Notes: a model not told the origin generated them from the sequence alone. A stretch of DNA of 64,000 bases from Micropruina sp. (GCF_047606665.1 NZ_JASGEF010000047.1:34172-98171); one strand, 5' to 3'; counted from the first letter of the stretch, positions 37,903 to 49,944 are shown. Translations and numbers: made by a program.

Positions 37903-38136
37903 GTCCCCCCAGCCTCCGCGCTCGTCCCACTCGTCACGGCTCGCTGAACTCGGCGAGCATCAGGTAGGCGAGCGGCCGGGGTCGGACAACGGATCTCGTC
38001 CGATTTCGGGCTGGGGAGGGGGTATGGCAGACTTGATCCTCGGTGCCGAAACGCCCCTGCCACAGGGGGGAAGGCGTCCGCACTCCGGTCCTGATCAAAC
38101 CACGAGGTGTCCTGTGGCACCGGCGAGGAAATCGAC

Positions 38137-38487
38137 ATGAACAAGCTCGTTGCCGAGGTCACTGCGGCCTCCCTACGCTCCGACATCCCCGAGTTTCGCC
38201 CCGGCGACTCCGTGCGGGTGCACGTGAAGGTGGTCGAGGGCAACCGCTCCCGGATCCAGGTCTTCGCCGGCGCGGTGATCTCCCGCACCGGCAGCGGTAT
38301 CGGCGAGTCGTTCACCGTCCGCAAGGTCAGCTTCGGCACCGGTGTCGAGCGGACGTTCCCGCTGCACTCCCCGATCATCGACAAGATCGAGGTCGAGCGC
38401 CGTGGCGACGTCCGGCGGGCCAAGCTGTACTACCTGCGCGGTCTGCGCGGCAAGGCGGCCAAGATCAAGGAAAAGCGGGACCGCTGA
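38137..38487 (+). CDS. rplS: 50S ribosomal protein L19
   Basis: [62 protein letters not shown]. Confidence 0.97.
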   Translation: MNKLVAEVTAASLRSDIPEFRPGDSVRVHVKVVEGNRSRIQVFAGAVISRTGSGIGESFTVRKVSFGTGVERTFPLHSPIIDKIEVERRGDVRRAKLYYLRGLRGKAAKIKEKRDR

Positions 38488-38531
38488 GTCCGCCCGATGG
38501 GGACGCCGAACACAGGGGCAGGAGCCGCGCG

Positions 38532-39293
38532 GTGAGCGAGTCAGCCCCGAGCGAGAAGAGCGAGAAGCCCTCGGCCGGCCGGGTGGCCGGCATGTGGGCC
38601 AAAGAGATCGCCATCGTAGTGATCGGCGCGCTGGTCGCGTCCACGCTGCTGCGGTTGTTCATCGCCCAGATGTTCGTCATCCCGTCCGGATCGATGGAGA
38701 ACACACTGCTGATCCGCGACCGGGTCATGGTGCAGAAGGTCGCCGGCTGGTCACGCGGCGACGTCGTGGTGTTCCGCGACACCCAGGGCTGGCTCGCCGA
38801 CCCCGAGGAAGAGACCGATCCCGTTCGCAAGGCGTTGATCTTCATCGGCCTGGCGCCCGACGAGAGTTCGAACCACCTGATCAAACGGGTGATCGGGCTG
38901 CCCGGCGATCACGTCAAGTGCTGCGATTCGCAGGGCCGGATCACGGTGAACGACGACCCGCTGGACGAGACCAGCTATCTGTACTCCAGCAATGGCGAGA
39001 CGGTCGAGCCGTCCGCGATGTCGTTCGACGTGGTGGTGCCGAAAGACCGGATCTGGGTGATGGGCGACCATCGCAACGATTCCCAGGATTCCCGTTGCCA
39101 CCTCACCGAGGGCACCGGCGGCATGGCGGCGTTCGTGCCGATCGCGGACGTAGTGGGATCGGCCGTGGCGGTGGTGTTCCCCTTCGACCGATGGCGCGGA
39201 CTGTCCCGTCCGGACACCTTCGCCCAGGTCCCGGAGCCGGCCTCGCCGGCACCCGATCGGCCGGTGATCGCCGGGCAGACACCGGTCTGCTGA
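38532..39293 (+). CDS. lepB: Signal peptidase I
   Basis: TM anchor followed by the catalytic Ser box IPSGSMENTL, Lys box GDHVKC..(KRVIGLPGD), and GDHRNDSQDSR. GTG 38532 lies inside ORF 38043..39293. Confidence 0.92.
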   Translation: MSESAPSEKSEKPSAGRVAGMWAKEIAIVVIGALVASTLLRLFIAQMFVIPSGSMENTLLIRDRVMVQKVAGWSRGDVVVFRDTQGWLADPEEETDPVRKALIFIGLAPDESSNHLIKRVIGLPGDHVKCCDSQGRITVNDDPLDETSYLYSSNGETVEPSAMSFDVVVPKDRIWVMGDHRNDSQDSRCHLTEGTGGMAAFVPIADVVGSAVAVVFPFDRWRGLSRPDTFAQVPEPASPAPDRPVIAGQTPVC

Positions 39294-39300
39294 GATCGCC

Positions 39301-40032
39301 ATGGCGTTCGTGTTGCGTCGGGACGCGGGCCTGTACGGCTACGAGCGGGCACTCCGCCGGGCCGGTTTCGGGCTGATCGCCGGTGCCGACGAGGCCGGAC
39401 GTGGGGCCTGCGCCGGTCCGTTGGTCGCGGCGGCGGCGATTCTGGGCAGTACGCCGGGCGCGCAGGTGGCCGGTTTGAGGGACTCCAAACTGCTCAGCCC
39501 GGCGCAACGCGAGCGCTGCTACGACGAGATCATGGCCAAGGCCGTGGCCTGGTCGGCGGTGCTGATCGAACCCGGCGAATGCGACCGGCTGGGCATGCAT
39601 GTGGCGAACATCCAGGCGTTGCGCCGGGCGGTCTGGCGGCTCGGCGTCGCCCCTCATTTCGTGCTGACCGACGGCTTCGGCGTCGACGGATTGGGCGTGC
39701 CGTCGCTGGCGGTGTGGAAGGGGGACGCCGTGGCGGGCTGTGTGGCGGCGGCGTCCGTGATCGCCAAGGTCACCCGGGATCGGCTGATGAAAGCCGCGCA
39801 CGAGCAGTGGCCGCACTACCGTTTCGACGTTCACAAGGGCTATTGCACGCCTCTGCATCAAGAACACCTGGACGTCCACGGGCCCTGTGAGATCCATCGG
39901 TTCCGGTTCGAGAACGTCCGTCGGGCAGCGGCGACCGTGGCGGCGCGCACGCACGGTTCGGGATCGGCCCTGACGCCCCCACCGGGGTTGCCGAGCGACG
40001 TCCGCAATAGAGATAGAGTGGCCACGCTATGA
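39301..40032 (+). CDS. rnhB: Ribonuclease HII
   Basis: ..IAGADEAGRGACAGPLVAAA.. (DEAGRG catalytic motif), ..DSKLLS.., ..HKGY.. . Confidence 0.93.
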   Translation: MAFVLRRDAGLYGYERALRRAGFGLIAGADEAGRGACAGPLVAAAAILGSTPGAQVAGLRDSKLLSPAQRERCYDEIMAKAVAWSAVLIEPGECDRLGMHVANIQALRRAVWRLGVAPHFVLTDGFGVDGLGVPSLAVWKGDAVAGCVAAASVIAKVTRDRLMKAAHEQWPHYRFDVHKGYCTPLHQEHLDVHGPCEIHRFRFENVRRAAATVAARTHGSGSALTPPPGLPSDVRNRDRVATL

Positions 40033-40340
40033 GCGCCGAAGATCTTGAACAGTACGAGAGCGAACTCGAACTCCAGTTGTACCGGGAGTACAAGGACGTG
40101 GTCGGGATCTTCACCTACGCGGTGGAGACGGAGCGGCGTTTCTACCTGTGCAACGCCGTTGATCTGAAGGTGCGCACCGAGGCTGGCGACGTCTACTACG
40201 AGGTGTCCATGGGCGACGCCTGGGTGTGGGACATGTACCGTCCGGCCCGGTTCGTGAAGTCCGCCAAGGTGCTCACCTTCCGCGACGTCTCCATCGAAGA
40301 GATCGCCCACAGCGAGTTGAAGGTGCCGGACAGCCTCTGA
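40029..40340 (+). CDS. DUF2469 domain protein
   Basis: MSAEDLEQYESELELQLYREYKDVVGIFTYAVETERRFYLCN..GDAWVWDMYRPARFV is a highly conserved actinobacterial family located downstream of rnhB. Confidence 0.88.
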   Translation: MSAEDLEQYESELELQLYREYKDVVGIFTYAVETERRFYLCNAVDLKVRTEAGDVYYEVSMGDAWVWDMYRPARFVKSAKVLTFRDVSIEEIAHSELKVPDSL

Positions 40341-40426
40341 GGTTCCCCAGCGGACCTCGCGCCCGTTTATCCACAGCCGCCCGACGACTTTGAACACTTT
40401 CGTATCCGGGTGCCCATGCTGAGGGC

Positions 40427-40792
40427 ATGGAACGACAAGCGGTGGGGCGAGCGGGCGAGGTGGCGGCCGTTCAGCATCTGGTGCGCCGGGGCTGGACGAT
40501 CATCGAACGCAACTGGCGATGTTCGCTGGGCGAGGTCGACATCATCGCTCACACGGCGGAACCCGATCCGGTGCTGGTCTTCTGTGAGGTCAAATGCCGT
40601 AGTGGCACCGGGTTCGGCGATCCGCTCGAGGCGATCACCGCCGAGAAGCTGGCTCGGCTGCGCCGGCTGGCGCTGACCTGGCTCGGCGAGCAGAGCAGGT
40701 GGGTGCCGCACTACCGGCTGGACGCCATCGGCGTCCTGCTGCCTCGCGACGGACGTCCCCGCATCGCCCATCTGGAAGGAATCGGCGAATGA
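40427..40792 (+). CDS. YraN family (UPF0102) endonuclease-like protein
   Basis: GRAGEVAAVQHLVRRGWTIIERNWRCSLGEVDIIAH..LVFCEVKCR is the typical YraN core. Confidence 0.88.
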   Translation: MERQAVGRAGEVAAVQHLVRRGWTIIERNWRCSLGEVDIIAHTAEPDPVLVFCEVKCRSGTGFGDPLEAITAEKLARLRRLALTWLGEQSRWVPHYRLDAIGVLLPRDGRPRIAHLEGIGE

Positions 40793-42327
40793 CCCCGGCA
40801 CGGGCCTTCTCGGTCGCCCTGGTCGGGGTCGAGGGCACGATCGTCGAGGTGGAGGCCGCCATCGGGGGCGGGTTGCCGCGGATGGTGATCGTCGGATTGG
40901 CGGACGCCGCACTCGGCGAGGCACGCGAACGTTGCCGGGCCGCCGTGCATGCCCAGGGCCTGGGCTGGCCGGCGCAGCTGGTGACCGTCAACCTGTCGCC
41001 GGCGACCTTGCCGAAGGCGGGTTCGCATTTCGATCTGGCGATCGTGGCCGCGGTCGAGGCGGCTGCCGAGAAGTTCGACCGGGCCGTGCTGGAACGCATG
41101 GTGCTGTTCGGCGAGTTGGGCCTCGACGGACGCGTCCGGCCGGTGCGCGGGCTGCTGCCGGCGCTGCTCGCCGCGGTCACGGCCGGGTTCAGCACCGCCG
41201 TCGTGCCCGCCGCGCAACTGCGCGAGGCAGAGCTGGTCGAAGGGCTCACCCTATGGGGCGTGAACGACCTGCTCGACCTGGTGGCGGTGCTGCTCGGCGA
41301 ACCACCCAAGCCTCCGCCGGAGGTGCCGCCGACGGCCGCCGCCGAGACCTCACCCGTCAAAGACCTGAGCGATGTGGTGGGTCAGTTGGAGGCCAAGTGG
41401 GTGATCGAGGTGGCGGCAGCCGGACGCCATCACCTCTACCTGCACGGGCCGCCGGGGGTGGGCAAGACGCTGCTGGCCGAACGCCTGCCCGGCATCCTTC
41501 CCGACCTGGAGACCGCTGAGGCGCTGGAGGTGTCGGCGATCCATTCGCTGGCCGGTCTGCCGCTGGAGGGCGGCCTGATCCGGCGTCCGCCCTATGCCGA
41601 TCCGCACCACACGGCGTCGCTGGCCAGCATCGTCGGTGGCGGCGCCCGGATCGCCCAACCCGGCAGCATCAGCCGGGCTCACAACGGGATTCTGTTCTTG
41701 GACGAGGCTCCGGAATTTTCGCCGCGGGTGTTGGAGGCGCTTCGGGTGCCGTTGGAGTCGGGCCGGGTGGTGCTGGGCCGGGCGGCGGCGCAGGCCAGCT
41801 ACCCGGCCAGCTTTCAACTGGTCCTCGCCGCGAATCCCTGTCCGTGCGGCAACGCCGCCACGCCCGGCGCGCACTGTACCTGTGCACCGATGGCGATCCG
41901 GCGCTACGGCGACCGCATCTCGGGGCCGATCCTCGACCGGATCGACATCCGGCACTACCTGCGGCCGATGTCGCAGAGCTATCTGAAGGCGGCCGTCGGC
42001 AGGGGGGAGCCGTCGGCGGCGGTGGCCGCGCGGGTGGCCGAGGCACGCGAGCGGCAACGGCATCGACTCGCCCCGCACGGCTGGCGGACCAACGGCGAGG
42101 TGCCCGGCCCCGCGTTGCGGCGCCGGCTGCCGCTGCCGCAGGGCAGCGAACTGCTCGACGAGGCGGTGGCCCGCGGACGCCTCTCGGCCCGCGGCGTCGA
42201 CAAGGTGATCCGGCTGTCCTGGACGGTCGCCGACCTGGCCGGCGTCGACCGGCCGCGACGCGAACATCTGCACACCGCCCTGGCGATGCGTCACGGGCGC
42301 GATCTGGCGGAGGTGGGAAGTGGATGA
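40789..42327 (+). CDS. YifB/ComM family Mg-chelatase-like AAA+ ATPase
   Basis: Lon-protease-like N-domain, Walker A LHGPPGVGKTL, NGILFLDEAPEF, and C-terminal Mg-chelatase subunit ChlI-like region. ATGA overlap with yraN. Confidence 0.9.
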   Translation: MTPARAFSVALVGVEGTIVEVEAAIGGGLPRMVIVGLADAALGEARERCRAAVHAQGLGWPAQLVTVNLSPATLPKAGSHFDLAIVAAVEAAAEKFDRAVLERMVLFGELGLDGRVRPVRGLLPALLAAVTAGFSTAVVPAAQLREAELVEGLTLWGVNDLLDLVAVLLGEPPKPPPEVPPTAAAETSPVKDLSDVVGQLEAKWVIEVAAAGRHHLYLHGPPGVGKTLLAERLPGILPDLETAEALEVSAIHSLAGLPLEGGLIRRPPYADPHHTASLASIVGGGARIAQPGSISRAHNGILFLDEAPEFSPRVLEALRVPLESGRVVLGRAAAQASYPASFQLVLAANPCPCGNAATPGAHCTCAPMAIRRYGDRISGPILDRIDIRHYLRPMSQSYLKAAVGRGEPSAAVAARVAEARERQRHRLAPHGWRTNGEVPGPALRRRLPLPQGSELLDEAVARGRLSARGVDKVIRLSWTVADLAGVDRPRREHLHTALAMRHGRDLAEVGSG

Positions 42328-43441
42328 GCGTGACGCCCGGATGGCCCTGTGCTGCGCGGTCGAACCGGGCAATCGCGCGGTGACGGCGGCGGTGGCCGAA
42401 TACGGCCCCGCGGCGGTGTTCGCCAGCCTGTGCAAACCGTCGTCGCGTTCCCGCTGGGAGCGGCGGGCCAAGGCGGTCGACCTGACGGTGGTGCGCCGGG
42501 CGGCGGACCGCAACCGGCTGCGGTTCGTGATTCCCGGCGACGACGAGTGGCCGGAGGCCCTCGACGATCTGGCCACCGGCGAACCGGTCCAAGAGATGGG
42601 TGGCGTCCCGTTCGGGCTCTGGCTGAAAGGGGACGCCGACCTCGCCCAGGCGGCCGCACGGGCCATCGCCATCGTCGGCTCCCGTGCCGCGACGCCGTAC
42701 GGCCGGTCGGTGGCGTCCGATCTGGCGGCCGGCCTGGGCAGCCACGGCATCGCGGTCGTCAGCGGCGGCGCCTATGGCATCGACGCCGCCGCGCACGAGG
42801 GTGCGCTCGCCACCTCGGTGCCGACCATCGCCGTGATGGCCGGCGGCCTGGACAGCCCGTATCCGCCGGGCAATGCGGCGCTGCTGCAGCGAGTGGCCGG
42901 GCAGGGCCTGTTGGTCAGCGAACTGCCGCCGGGGGAGCATCCCACCAGGTCCCGGTTCCTGGCGCGCAACCGGCTGATCGCGGCCTTGTCGCGGGCCACG
43001 GTCATCGTCGAGGCCGCCTGGCGCAGCGGCGCGCGGAACACGGTCAGCTGGGCGAGCGCCTGCGGACGGGTCGTGCTGGCGGTACCCGGTCCGGTGCACA
43101 GTGCGACCTCGACCACCCCGCACCGGCTGATCCGCGATGCCGAGGCGGTGCTGTGCACCGGCGTCCCGGACGTCCTGGAACTCGTCGGCCCGCTCGGGCG
43201 GCAGCCACCCGGCCGGCCCGATCAGCACCGTCTGCTCGACGAGCTCAACGCCGACGAACTGGCCGTCTACGAGGCGTTTCCGGCGCGCGGCGAAATCGAT
43301 GCCGGCGAGGTGTCGCTACGCGCCGGCCTCGCGCTGGGCAACTGCCTGGCGATCCTCGACCGTATCTCTGAACGCGGTCTCATCGAGTACGGCGCGGCCG
43401 GCTGGAAACTGACCCGGCCTGTCACTCGCACGGGTGACTGA
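42320..43441 (+). CDS. dprA: DNA-processing protein DprA
   Basis: ..IAIVGSRAATPYG..VVSGGAYGIDAAAHEGAL...TIAVMAGGLD..YP..N..L is the Rossmann-type DprA core, with a C-terminal winged-helix. Confidence 0.92.
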   Translation: MDERDARMALCCAVEPGNRAVTAAVAEYGPAAVFASLCKPSSRSRWERRAKAVDLTVVRRAADRNRLRFVIPGDDEWPEALDDLATGEPVQEMGGVPFGLWLKGDADLAQAAARAIAIVGSRAATPYGRSVASDLAAGLGSHGIAVVSGGAYGIDAAAHEGALATSVPTIAVMAGGLDSPYPPGNAALLQRVAGQGLLVSELPPGEHPTRSRFLARNRLIAALSRATVIVEAAWRSGARNTVSWASACGRVVLAVPGPVHSATSTTPHRLIRDAEAVLCTGVPDVLELVGPLGRQPPGRPDQHRLLDELNADELAVYEAFPARGEIDAGEVSLRAGLALGNCLAILDRISERGLIEYGAAGWKLTRPVTRTGD

Positions 43442-43561
43442 CGTGGCAGCTAACGATCTATAAAGTTGTCCATGTCGGGGGGACATAGAAGTACTGTTGA
43501 CCGGATCGCACTAGTTCGGGGGGAGTGGGGCGATTCGGCCAGCGGTTCTTCCAGCTACTTT

Positions 43562-43596
43562 CCGCCCGCAGGCGACCCAGCGTCGCCTGCGGGCGG
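43562..43596. other. Perfect 15-bp stem hairpin (terminator-like, no U-tract)
   Basis: CCGCCCGCAGGCGAC-CCAGC-GTCGCCTGCGGGCGG lies 120 nt after the dprA stop and 60 nt before the DUF1272 ATG. Confidence 0.4.
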
Positions 43597-43656
43597 AGTG
43601 CTTGCGATCGCGCCTTCCGGTGTCTGATATCGGCCGGCGTGAGAGGACAAGAAGCC

Positions 43657-43905
43657 ATGTTGGAGTACCGCCGCAGGTGCGAGCGTTGCGGCCGCGACCT
43701 TGCTGTCGACGACCATCGGGTCTACATCTGCTCCTTCGAATGCACCTGGTGCGCCGATTGCGCGGCCACCTTCCCGGCGGGACACTGCCCCAACTGCGGC
43801 GGCAACCTCGAACTGCGTCCGATCCAGCCACGTCACCTGGCCCGGCACACGCCACGGTTCCAGCCGCACTCCGACATGCTGCAGCTGCTCGCGCCCAGCG
43901 TCTGA
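43657..43905 (+). CDS. DUF1272 domain protein (Cys-rich)
   Basis: MLEYRRRCERCGRDLAVDDHRVYICSFECTWCADCAATFPAGHCPNCGGNLELRP matches the DUF1272 pattern. Confidence 0.8.
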   Translation: MLEYRRRCERCGRDLAVDDHRVYICSFECTWCADCAATFPAGHCPNCGGNLELRPIQPRHLARHTPRFQPHSDMLQLLAPSV

Positions 43906-43947
43906 GCACACGCCACGTCGCTCGCGGCAGTGCCGTGAGGGACGTCT

Positions 43948-45125
43948 ATGCTGACCGCCATGAGTCGCGGACCGATGAACCGGGCACTGAGCGGTTTCAC
44001 CTCCACGATCTTCGCCGAGATGTCCGCGTTGGCGTCCCGCACCTCGTCGGTCAACCTCGGTCAGGGCTTCCCCGACTTCGACGGACCGGCGAGCATGCTC
44101 GATCGGGCCCGCCAGGCGATCGCCGATGGCGTCAATCAATACCCGCCTGGACCGGGGAGTCCGGAACTGCGGGCCGCCGTGGCAGCCCATCAGCGACGGT
44201 TCTACGGCCTTCCACTCGACCCGGACGCCCAGGTGCTGGTCACCGCGGGGGCAACCGAAGGAATCGCCGCCGCCATGCTCGGTCTGCTCGAACCCGGCGA
44301 CGAGGTCGTTCTGCTCGAGCCCTACTACGACTCCTACGCCGCAACCATCGCGCTGGCAGGCGGCGTCCGGCGTCCGGTCCGCCTCGAACCACCGGATTTC
44401 GTGCTCCCCCGCGAGGCGTTCGCCTCGGCGATCGGGCCACGAACCCGGCTGCTGCTGATCAACTCGCCACACAACCCGACCGGTGCCGTACTGAGCCGTG
44501 GCGACCTGACCTTTATCGCGAGTTAGCCGTTCGCCACGACCTGATCGTCGTCACCGACGAGGTCTACGAGCACCTCACCTACGACGGAACCGAGCATCTG
44601 CCGCTGAGCACCTTGCCTGGGATGGCCGACCGGACCATTACCTTGTCATCGGCCGGAAAGACCTTCTCCGCGACTGGCTGGAAGATCGGCTGGGCCACCG
44701 GGCCGGCCGAACTGGTCGCCGCCGTCCGGGCCGCCAAGCAGTTCCTCACCTACGTGAACGGGGCGCCCTTCCAGCCGGCGATCGCCGAAGCCCTGCAGCT
44801 GCCGAACAGCTACTTCCGCGATTTCCGGACGTCCCTGCAAGACAAGCGGGACCGGCTCATCGACGGACTGACGAGCGCCGGCATCGCGACTTTCCGGCCG
44901 TCCGGCACCTACTTCGTGGTCGCGGACGCCCGCAGCCTCGGCTTCGACGACGGCTACCAGCTGTGCCGGGAGCTGCCCGCCCTCTGCGGCGTGGTCGCCG
45001 TGCCGATGCAGGTGTTCTACGACAATCCGGACGGCGCCCGTCACCTGGTCCGGTTCGCCTACTGCAAACGCGACGAGGTGCTCGACGAAGCCGTCCGCCG
45101 GCTTGGTTTCCTGCGCTCCGGCTAG
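43948..45125 (+). pseudogene. Class I/II PLP-dependent aminotransferase (YbdL/DapC-like), split by a 1-nt frameshift near 44520
   Basis: The first ORF ends ..LLINSPHNPTGAVLSRGDLTFIAS* (TAG 44524-44526). The next frame continues ELAVRHDLIVVTDEVYEHLTYDG...SSAGKTFSATGWKIGW (PLP-Lys motif) to 45125. Restoring one G in GCG-GAG gives a continuous protein. Confidence 0.8.
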
Positions 45126-45143
45126 CAGAGTCGCCGATTTCGT

Positions 45144-45175
45144 TGGTCGAGCTTGTCGAGACCTCGCGGCGTCCG
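45144..45175. repeat. Dispersed intergenic repeat, copy 2 (20-nt core TGGTCGAGCTTGTCGAGACC)
   Basis: The core is identical to 28782-28801. It lies between the convergent aminotransferase and HAD gene ends. Confidence 0.6.
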
Positions 45176-45997
45176 CTATTCAGTGAGGCCCAGTCGGGCG
45201 AATGCCTCGACCAGACCGGCCTGCTCCGGCGGCGGCACGACCAGATCGGCCAGCGCCAGCAACGGTTCGGGCGATCCCTCGATCACCACCGCGGTGGCTG
45301 CGTCGGTGAGCATCTCCAAATCGTTGTAGCCGTCGCCGATGGCCACGATGTCTGCGTGGTCCGCGCCGAAGTGCTCCACGGCCATCATCATCCCGACCGA
45401 CTTGTTTACCTCGGCCAGATAGAGCTCGCCGGCGCGATCGCCGAGCGTCGCCATCGAGCTCGGCACGAAGCCGACCTCCGGCTGGAGTTGGTTCGCCACC
45501 TCGCTCATCGGCGCGTTCGCGTCGAAGTTGGCTACCTTGCTGAACGACACCGTGCTCAGGTCGTCGCTCACCCGAAGGGCGTCGACGATGTCGCCACCGG
45601 TGGTGCTGGTCGGCGAACCGTCGTCCTGCCCCACGTGCATCAGGGACGCGATCCGCGCCGGCGTCGTCGGGCGCGCGTGCACGGCGTCCGGGGTCTCGAG
45701 AATGTAGGCCGCGTCGTGGGCGTCCAGGAGTGCCCGGACGCGGTCGCCCAACTCGGCCGGGAAACGGCGATCGAGAAGTACCTCGCCGTCCACCTCCAGA
45801 TAGGCGCCGGCGGCGCCGACCATGCCGTCGAAGAGCACTCGGACCTCGTCGCTGACCAGTGAGCGCGGACGGCCGGTGCAGAGCAGGATGCGGTGTCCTC
45901 GGCTACGGGCCTCGCGGATGACCTCCGCATGCGGCGGCGGCACCACACCCCGGTCGGCCAGCGTTCCGTCGAAGTCGATGAACACGATCTTGCCCAC
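45176..45997 (-). CDS. HAD-superfamily hydrolase (Cof/IIB-like)
   Basis: Motif I FIDFDGTL, LCTGRP, and motif IV IGDGYNDLEM. GTG 45997 follows AGGAG. The longest ORF would start at TTG 46030. Confidence 0.8.
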   Translation of the reverse strand: MGKIVFIDFDGTLADRGVVPPPHAEVIREARSRGHRILLCTGRPRSLVSDEVRVLFDGMVGAAGAYLEVDGEVLLDRRFPAELGDRVRALLDAHDAAYILETPDAVHARPTTPARIASLMHVGQDDGSPTSTTGGDIVDALRVSDDLSTVSFSKVANFDANAPMSEVANQLQPEVGFVPSSMATLGDRAGELYLAEVNKSVGMMMAVEHFGADHADIVAIGDGYNDLEMLTDAATAVVIEGSPEPLLALADLVVPPPEQAGLVEAFARLGLTE

Positions 45998-46088
45998 GGG
46001 CGAAGCAACTCCTGAAATTAGATGTTTCAACTAAAAGGCAGTCTATGCCGGGTGGCCTGCGTCGCCCCAATCGACGTCCGGGGGGCGC

Positions 46089-47262
<1,174 letters not shown>

Positions 47263-47268
47263 AATGGT

Positions 47269-49425
47269 TCACAGCGCGCAGCTGACGCAGCCCTCGACCT
47301 CGGTGCCCTCCAGGGCGAGCTGCCGCAGCCGGATGTAGTACAGCGTCTTGATGCCCTTCTTCCAGGCGTAGATCTGGGCCCGGTTGAGGTCGCGGGTGGT
47401 GACGTTGTCGGGGAAGAACAGGGTCAGCGACAGGCCCTGATCCACATGCTTGGTCGCCTCGGCGTAGGTGTCGATGATCGCCTCGGGGCCGATCTCGTAC
47501 GCGTCCCGGTAATACTCCAGGTTGTCGTTGGTCAGGTACGGCGCCGGGTAGTAGACCCGTCCGATCTTGCCCTCTTTGCGGATCTCGACCTTCGCGACGA
47601 TCGGGTGGATCGAGGACGTCGAATGGTTGATGTAGCTGATCGAACCGGTCGGCGGAATGGCCTGCAGGTTCTGGTTGTACATCCCGTATTCGGCCACCTC
47701 GGCGGCCAGCGCACGCCAGTCGTCCGGGGTGGGCAGTGCGATCCCGGCGTCGCTGAACAGCCCGGCCACCTTCGCGGTGCGCGGCGTCCAGTCGCCCTCG
47801 ATGTAGCGGACGAAGTACTCGCCCGAGGCGTACTTCGAACGCTCGAATCCGTCGAAGGTCTGGCCGCGTTCACGGGCGATCCGGCAGGACGCCGCGATCG
47901 CATGGAAGGTCACCGTGTAGAAGTACATATTGGTGAAGTCCAGGCCCTCGTCCGAGCCGTAGTGGATGGACTCCCGGGCCAGGTAGCCGTGCAGGTTCAT
48001 CGCGCCCAGGCCGATCGCGTGGCTCATCGCGTTGCCGCGTTCGATGCTCGGCGCGCAGGCGATGTTCGACTGGTCCGACACCGCGGTCAGCGCTCGGATC
48101 GCGGTCTCCACCGTGACGCCGAAGTTCGGCGAGTCCATCGCCTTGGCGATGTTCAGCGACCCGAGATTGCAGGAGATGTCCTTTCCGATCTCGGCGAACG
48201 ACAGGTCCTCGTTGTAGCTGGACGCCGTCGAGACCTGCAGGATCTCCGAGCACAGATTGCTCATGGTGATCCGGCCGTCGATCGGGTTGGCCCGGTTCAC
48301 GGTGTCCTCGAAGACGATGTACGGGTAGCCCGATTCGAACTGGATCTCGGCCAGGGTCTGGAAGAATTTGCGGGCGTTCATCTTCGACTTGGTGATCCGG
48401 CGGTCGTCGACCAGTTCCCGGTATTTCTCCGTGATCGAGATCTCGGTGAACGGCACCCCGTAGACCCGCTCGATGTCGTAGGGGCTGAACAGGTACATGT
48501 CCTCGTTGTCGCGGGCCAGTTGGAAGGTGATGTCGGGAATCACCACGCCCAGCGACAGCGTCTTGATCCGGATCTTCTCGTCGGCGTTCTCGCGCTTGGT
48601 GTCCAGGAACCGCATGATGTCGGGATGGTGGGCGTGCAGGTACACCGCACCGGCGCCCTGCCGCGCTCCCAGCTGGTTGGCGTAGGAGAACGAATCCTCC
48701 AGCAGCTTCATCACCGGGATGACACCGGAGGACTGGTTCTTGATCTTCTTGATCGGCGCGCCGGCCTCACGAATGTTGGTCAGTGACAGCGCCACCCCGC
48801 CGCCCCGCTTGGACAGCTGCAGCGAGGAGTTGATCGCCCGGGCGATCGACTCCATATTGTCCTCGACCCGCAGCAGGAAGCACGAGACCAGCTCGCCGCG
48901 CTGCGCCTTGCCGGCGTTCAGGAAGGTCGGCGTGGCCGGCTGGAAACGTCCGGCCATGATCTCGTCGGCCAGGCTCTCGGCCATCCGCCGGTCGCCGGCG
49001 GCCAGGGTGAGCGCCACCATGCAGACCCGGTCCTCGAAGCGCTCCAGGTAGCGCGAACCGTCGAACGTCTTCAACGTGTACGAGGTGTAGTACTTGAACG
49101 CACCCATGAAGGTCGGGAACCGGAACCTCACCGCGTAGGCCCGCCTGAACAGCGACTTCACGAAATCGAAGTCGTAGAGGTCGAGCACTTGCTGCTCGTA
49201 GTAGCCCTGCTCGACCAGGTAGTCGAGCTTCTCCTTCAGCGAATGGAAGAAGACCGTGTTGGTGTTGACGTGCTGCAGGAAGTACTGATGGGCGGCCTTG
49301 CGATCGGCCTCGAACTGGATCTTGCCGTCCACGTCGTACAGATTCAGCAGCGCGTTGAGTGCGTGATAGTCGACCTCGGACGAGACGGCCTCTAGGCCGG
49401 TGTCGGTGAGCACAGTGGTTGCCAT
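47269..49425 (-). CDS. nrdE: Class Ib ribonucleotide reductase alpha subunit
   Basis: [21 protein letters not shown].. (NrdE N-terminus). Catalytic segments ..SNLCSEI.., ..[12 protein letters not shown].. and C-terminal ..CVSCAL. ATG 49425 lies inside ORF ..49509. Confidence 0.95.
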   Translation of the reverse strand: MATTVLTDTGLEAVSSEVDYHALNALLNLYDVDGKIQFEADRKAAHQYFLQHVNTNTVFFHSLKEKLDYLVEQGYYEQQVLDLYDFDFVKSLFRRAYAVRFRFPTFMGAFKYYTSYTLKTFDGSRYLERFEDRVCMVALTLAAGDRRMAESLADEIMAGRFQPATPTFLNAGKAQRGELVSCFLLRVEDNMESIARAINSSLQLSKRGGGVALSLTNIREAGAPIKKIKNQSSGVIPVMKLLEDSFSYANQLGARQGAGAVYLHAHHPDIMRFLDTKRENADEKIRIKTLSLGVVIPDITFQLARDNEDMYLFSPYDIERVYGVPFTEISITEKYRELVDDRRITKSKMNARKFFQTLAEIQFESGYPYIVFEDTVNRANPIDGRITMSNLCSEILQVSTASSYNEDLSFAEIGKDISCNLGSLNIAKAMDSPNFGVTVETAIRALTAVSDQSNIACAPSIERGNAMSHAIGLGAMNLHGYLARESIHYGSDEGLDFTNMYFYTVTFHAIAASCRIARERGQTFDGFERSKYASGEYFVRYIEGDWTPRTAKVAGLFSDAGIALPTPDDWRALAAEVAEYGMYNQNLQAIPPTGSISYINHSTSSIHPIVAKVEIRKEGKIGRVYYPAPYLTNDNLEYYRDAYEIGPEAIIDTYAEATKHVDQGLSLTLFFPDNVTTRDLNRAQIYAWKKGIKTLYYIRLRQLALEGTEVEGCVSCAL

Positions 49426-49811
49426 AGTGAAATGAGTCCTTCGCGGACGGCCTCGACGTCGTCGGGCGTCCCCATGAGTTCGAACTGGTACAGGTGGGGC
49501 ACGCCGCATTTGCGTGCCACGATGTCGCCGGCGATGCAGTACGCCGCGCCGAAGTTGGTGTTGCCGGCCGCGATCACACCCAGCATCAGTGCTCGGTTGG
49601 CCGGATCGTTGAGGAAGCGGATCACCTGCTTGGGGATCGCCCCTTCGCCGTTGCCGCCCCCGTAGGTGGGCAGGATCAGGACGAAGGGACGGTCGACGCG
49701 CAGGTGCGGATCGCTGGTCCGCAGCGGGATGCGCTCGGCCTCGAAACCGAGCTTGGTCACAAAGCGGTGGGTGTTCTCCGAAACGGAGGAGAAGTACACG
49801 ACGTGCACCAT
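49392..49811 (-). CDS. nrdI: Flavodoxin-like protein NrdI
   Basis: [52 protein letters not shown] is the NrdI signature. Overlaps the nrdE start by 34 nt. Confidence 0.93.
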   Translation of the reverse strand: MVHVVYFSSVSENTHRFVTKLGFEAERIPLRTSDPHLRVDRPFVLILPTYGGGNGEGAIPKQVIRFLNDPANRALMLGVIAAGNTNFGAAYCIAGDIVARKCGVPHLYQFELMGTPDDVEAVREGLISLWQPLCSPTPA

Positions 49812-49944
49812 GGTTCTCTCCGTTCGGCTGGGGCGGTGAGGGTGGCAGGCCGATCGAATCGGTCGTGGCTGCCCGGGATCTGCTGTCGCTCCATGCTGCG
49901 TTGTTCGCGGCGCTTGGACAACCCCGGGCGGGAGTGCGGGTGGG

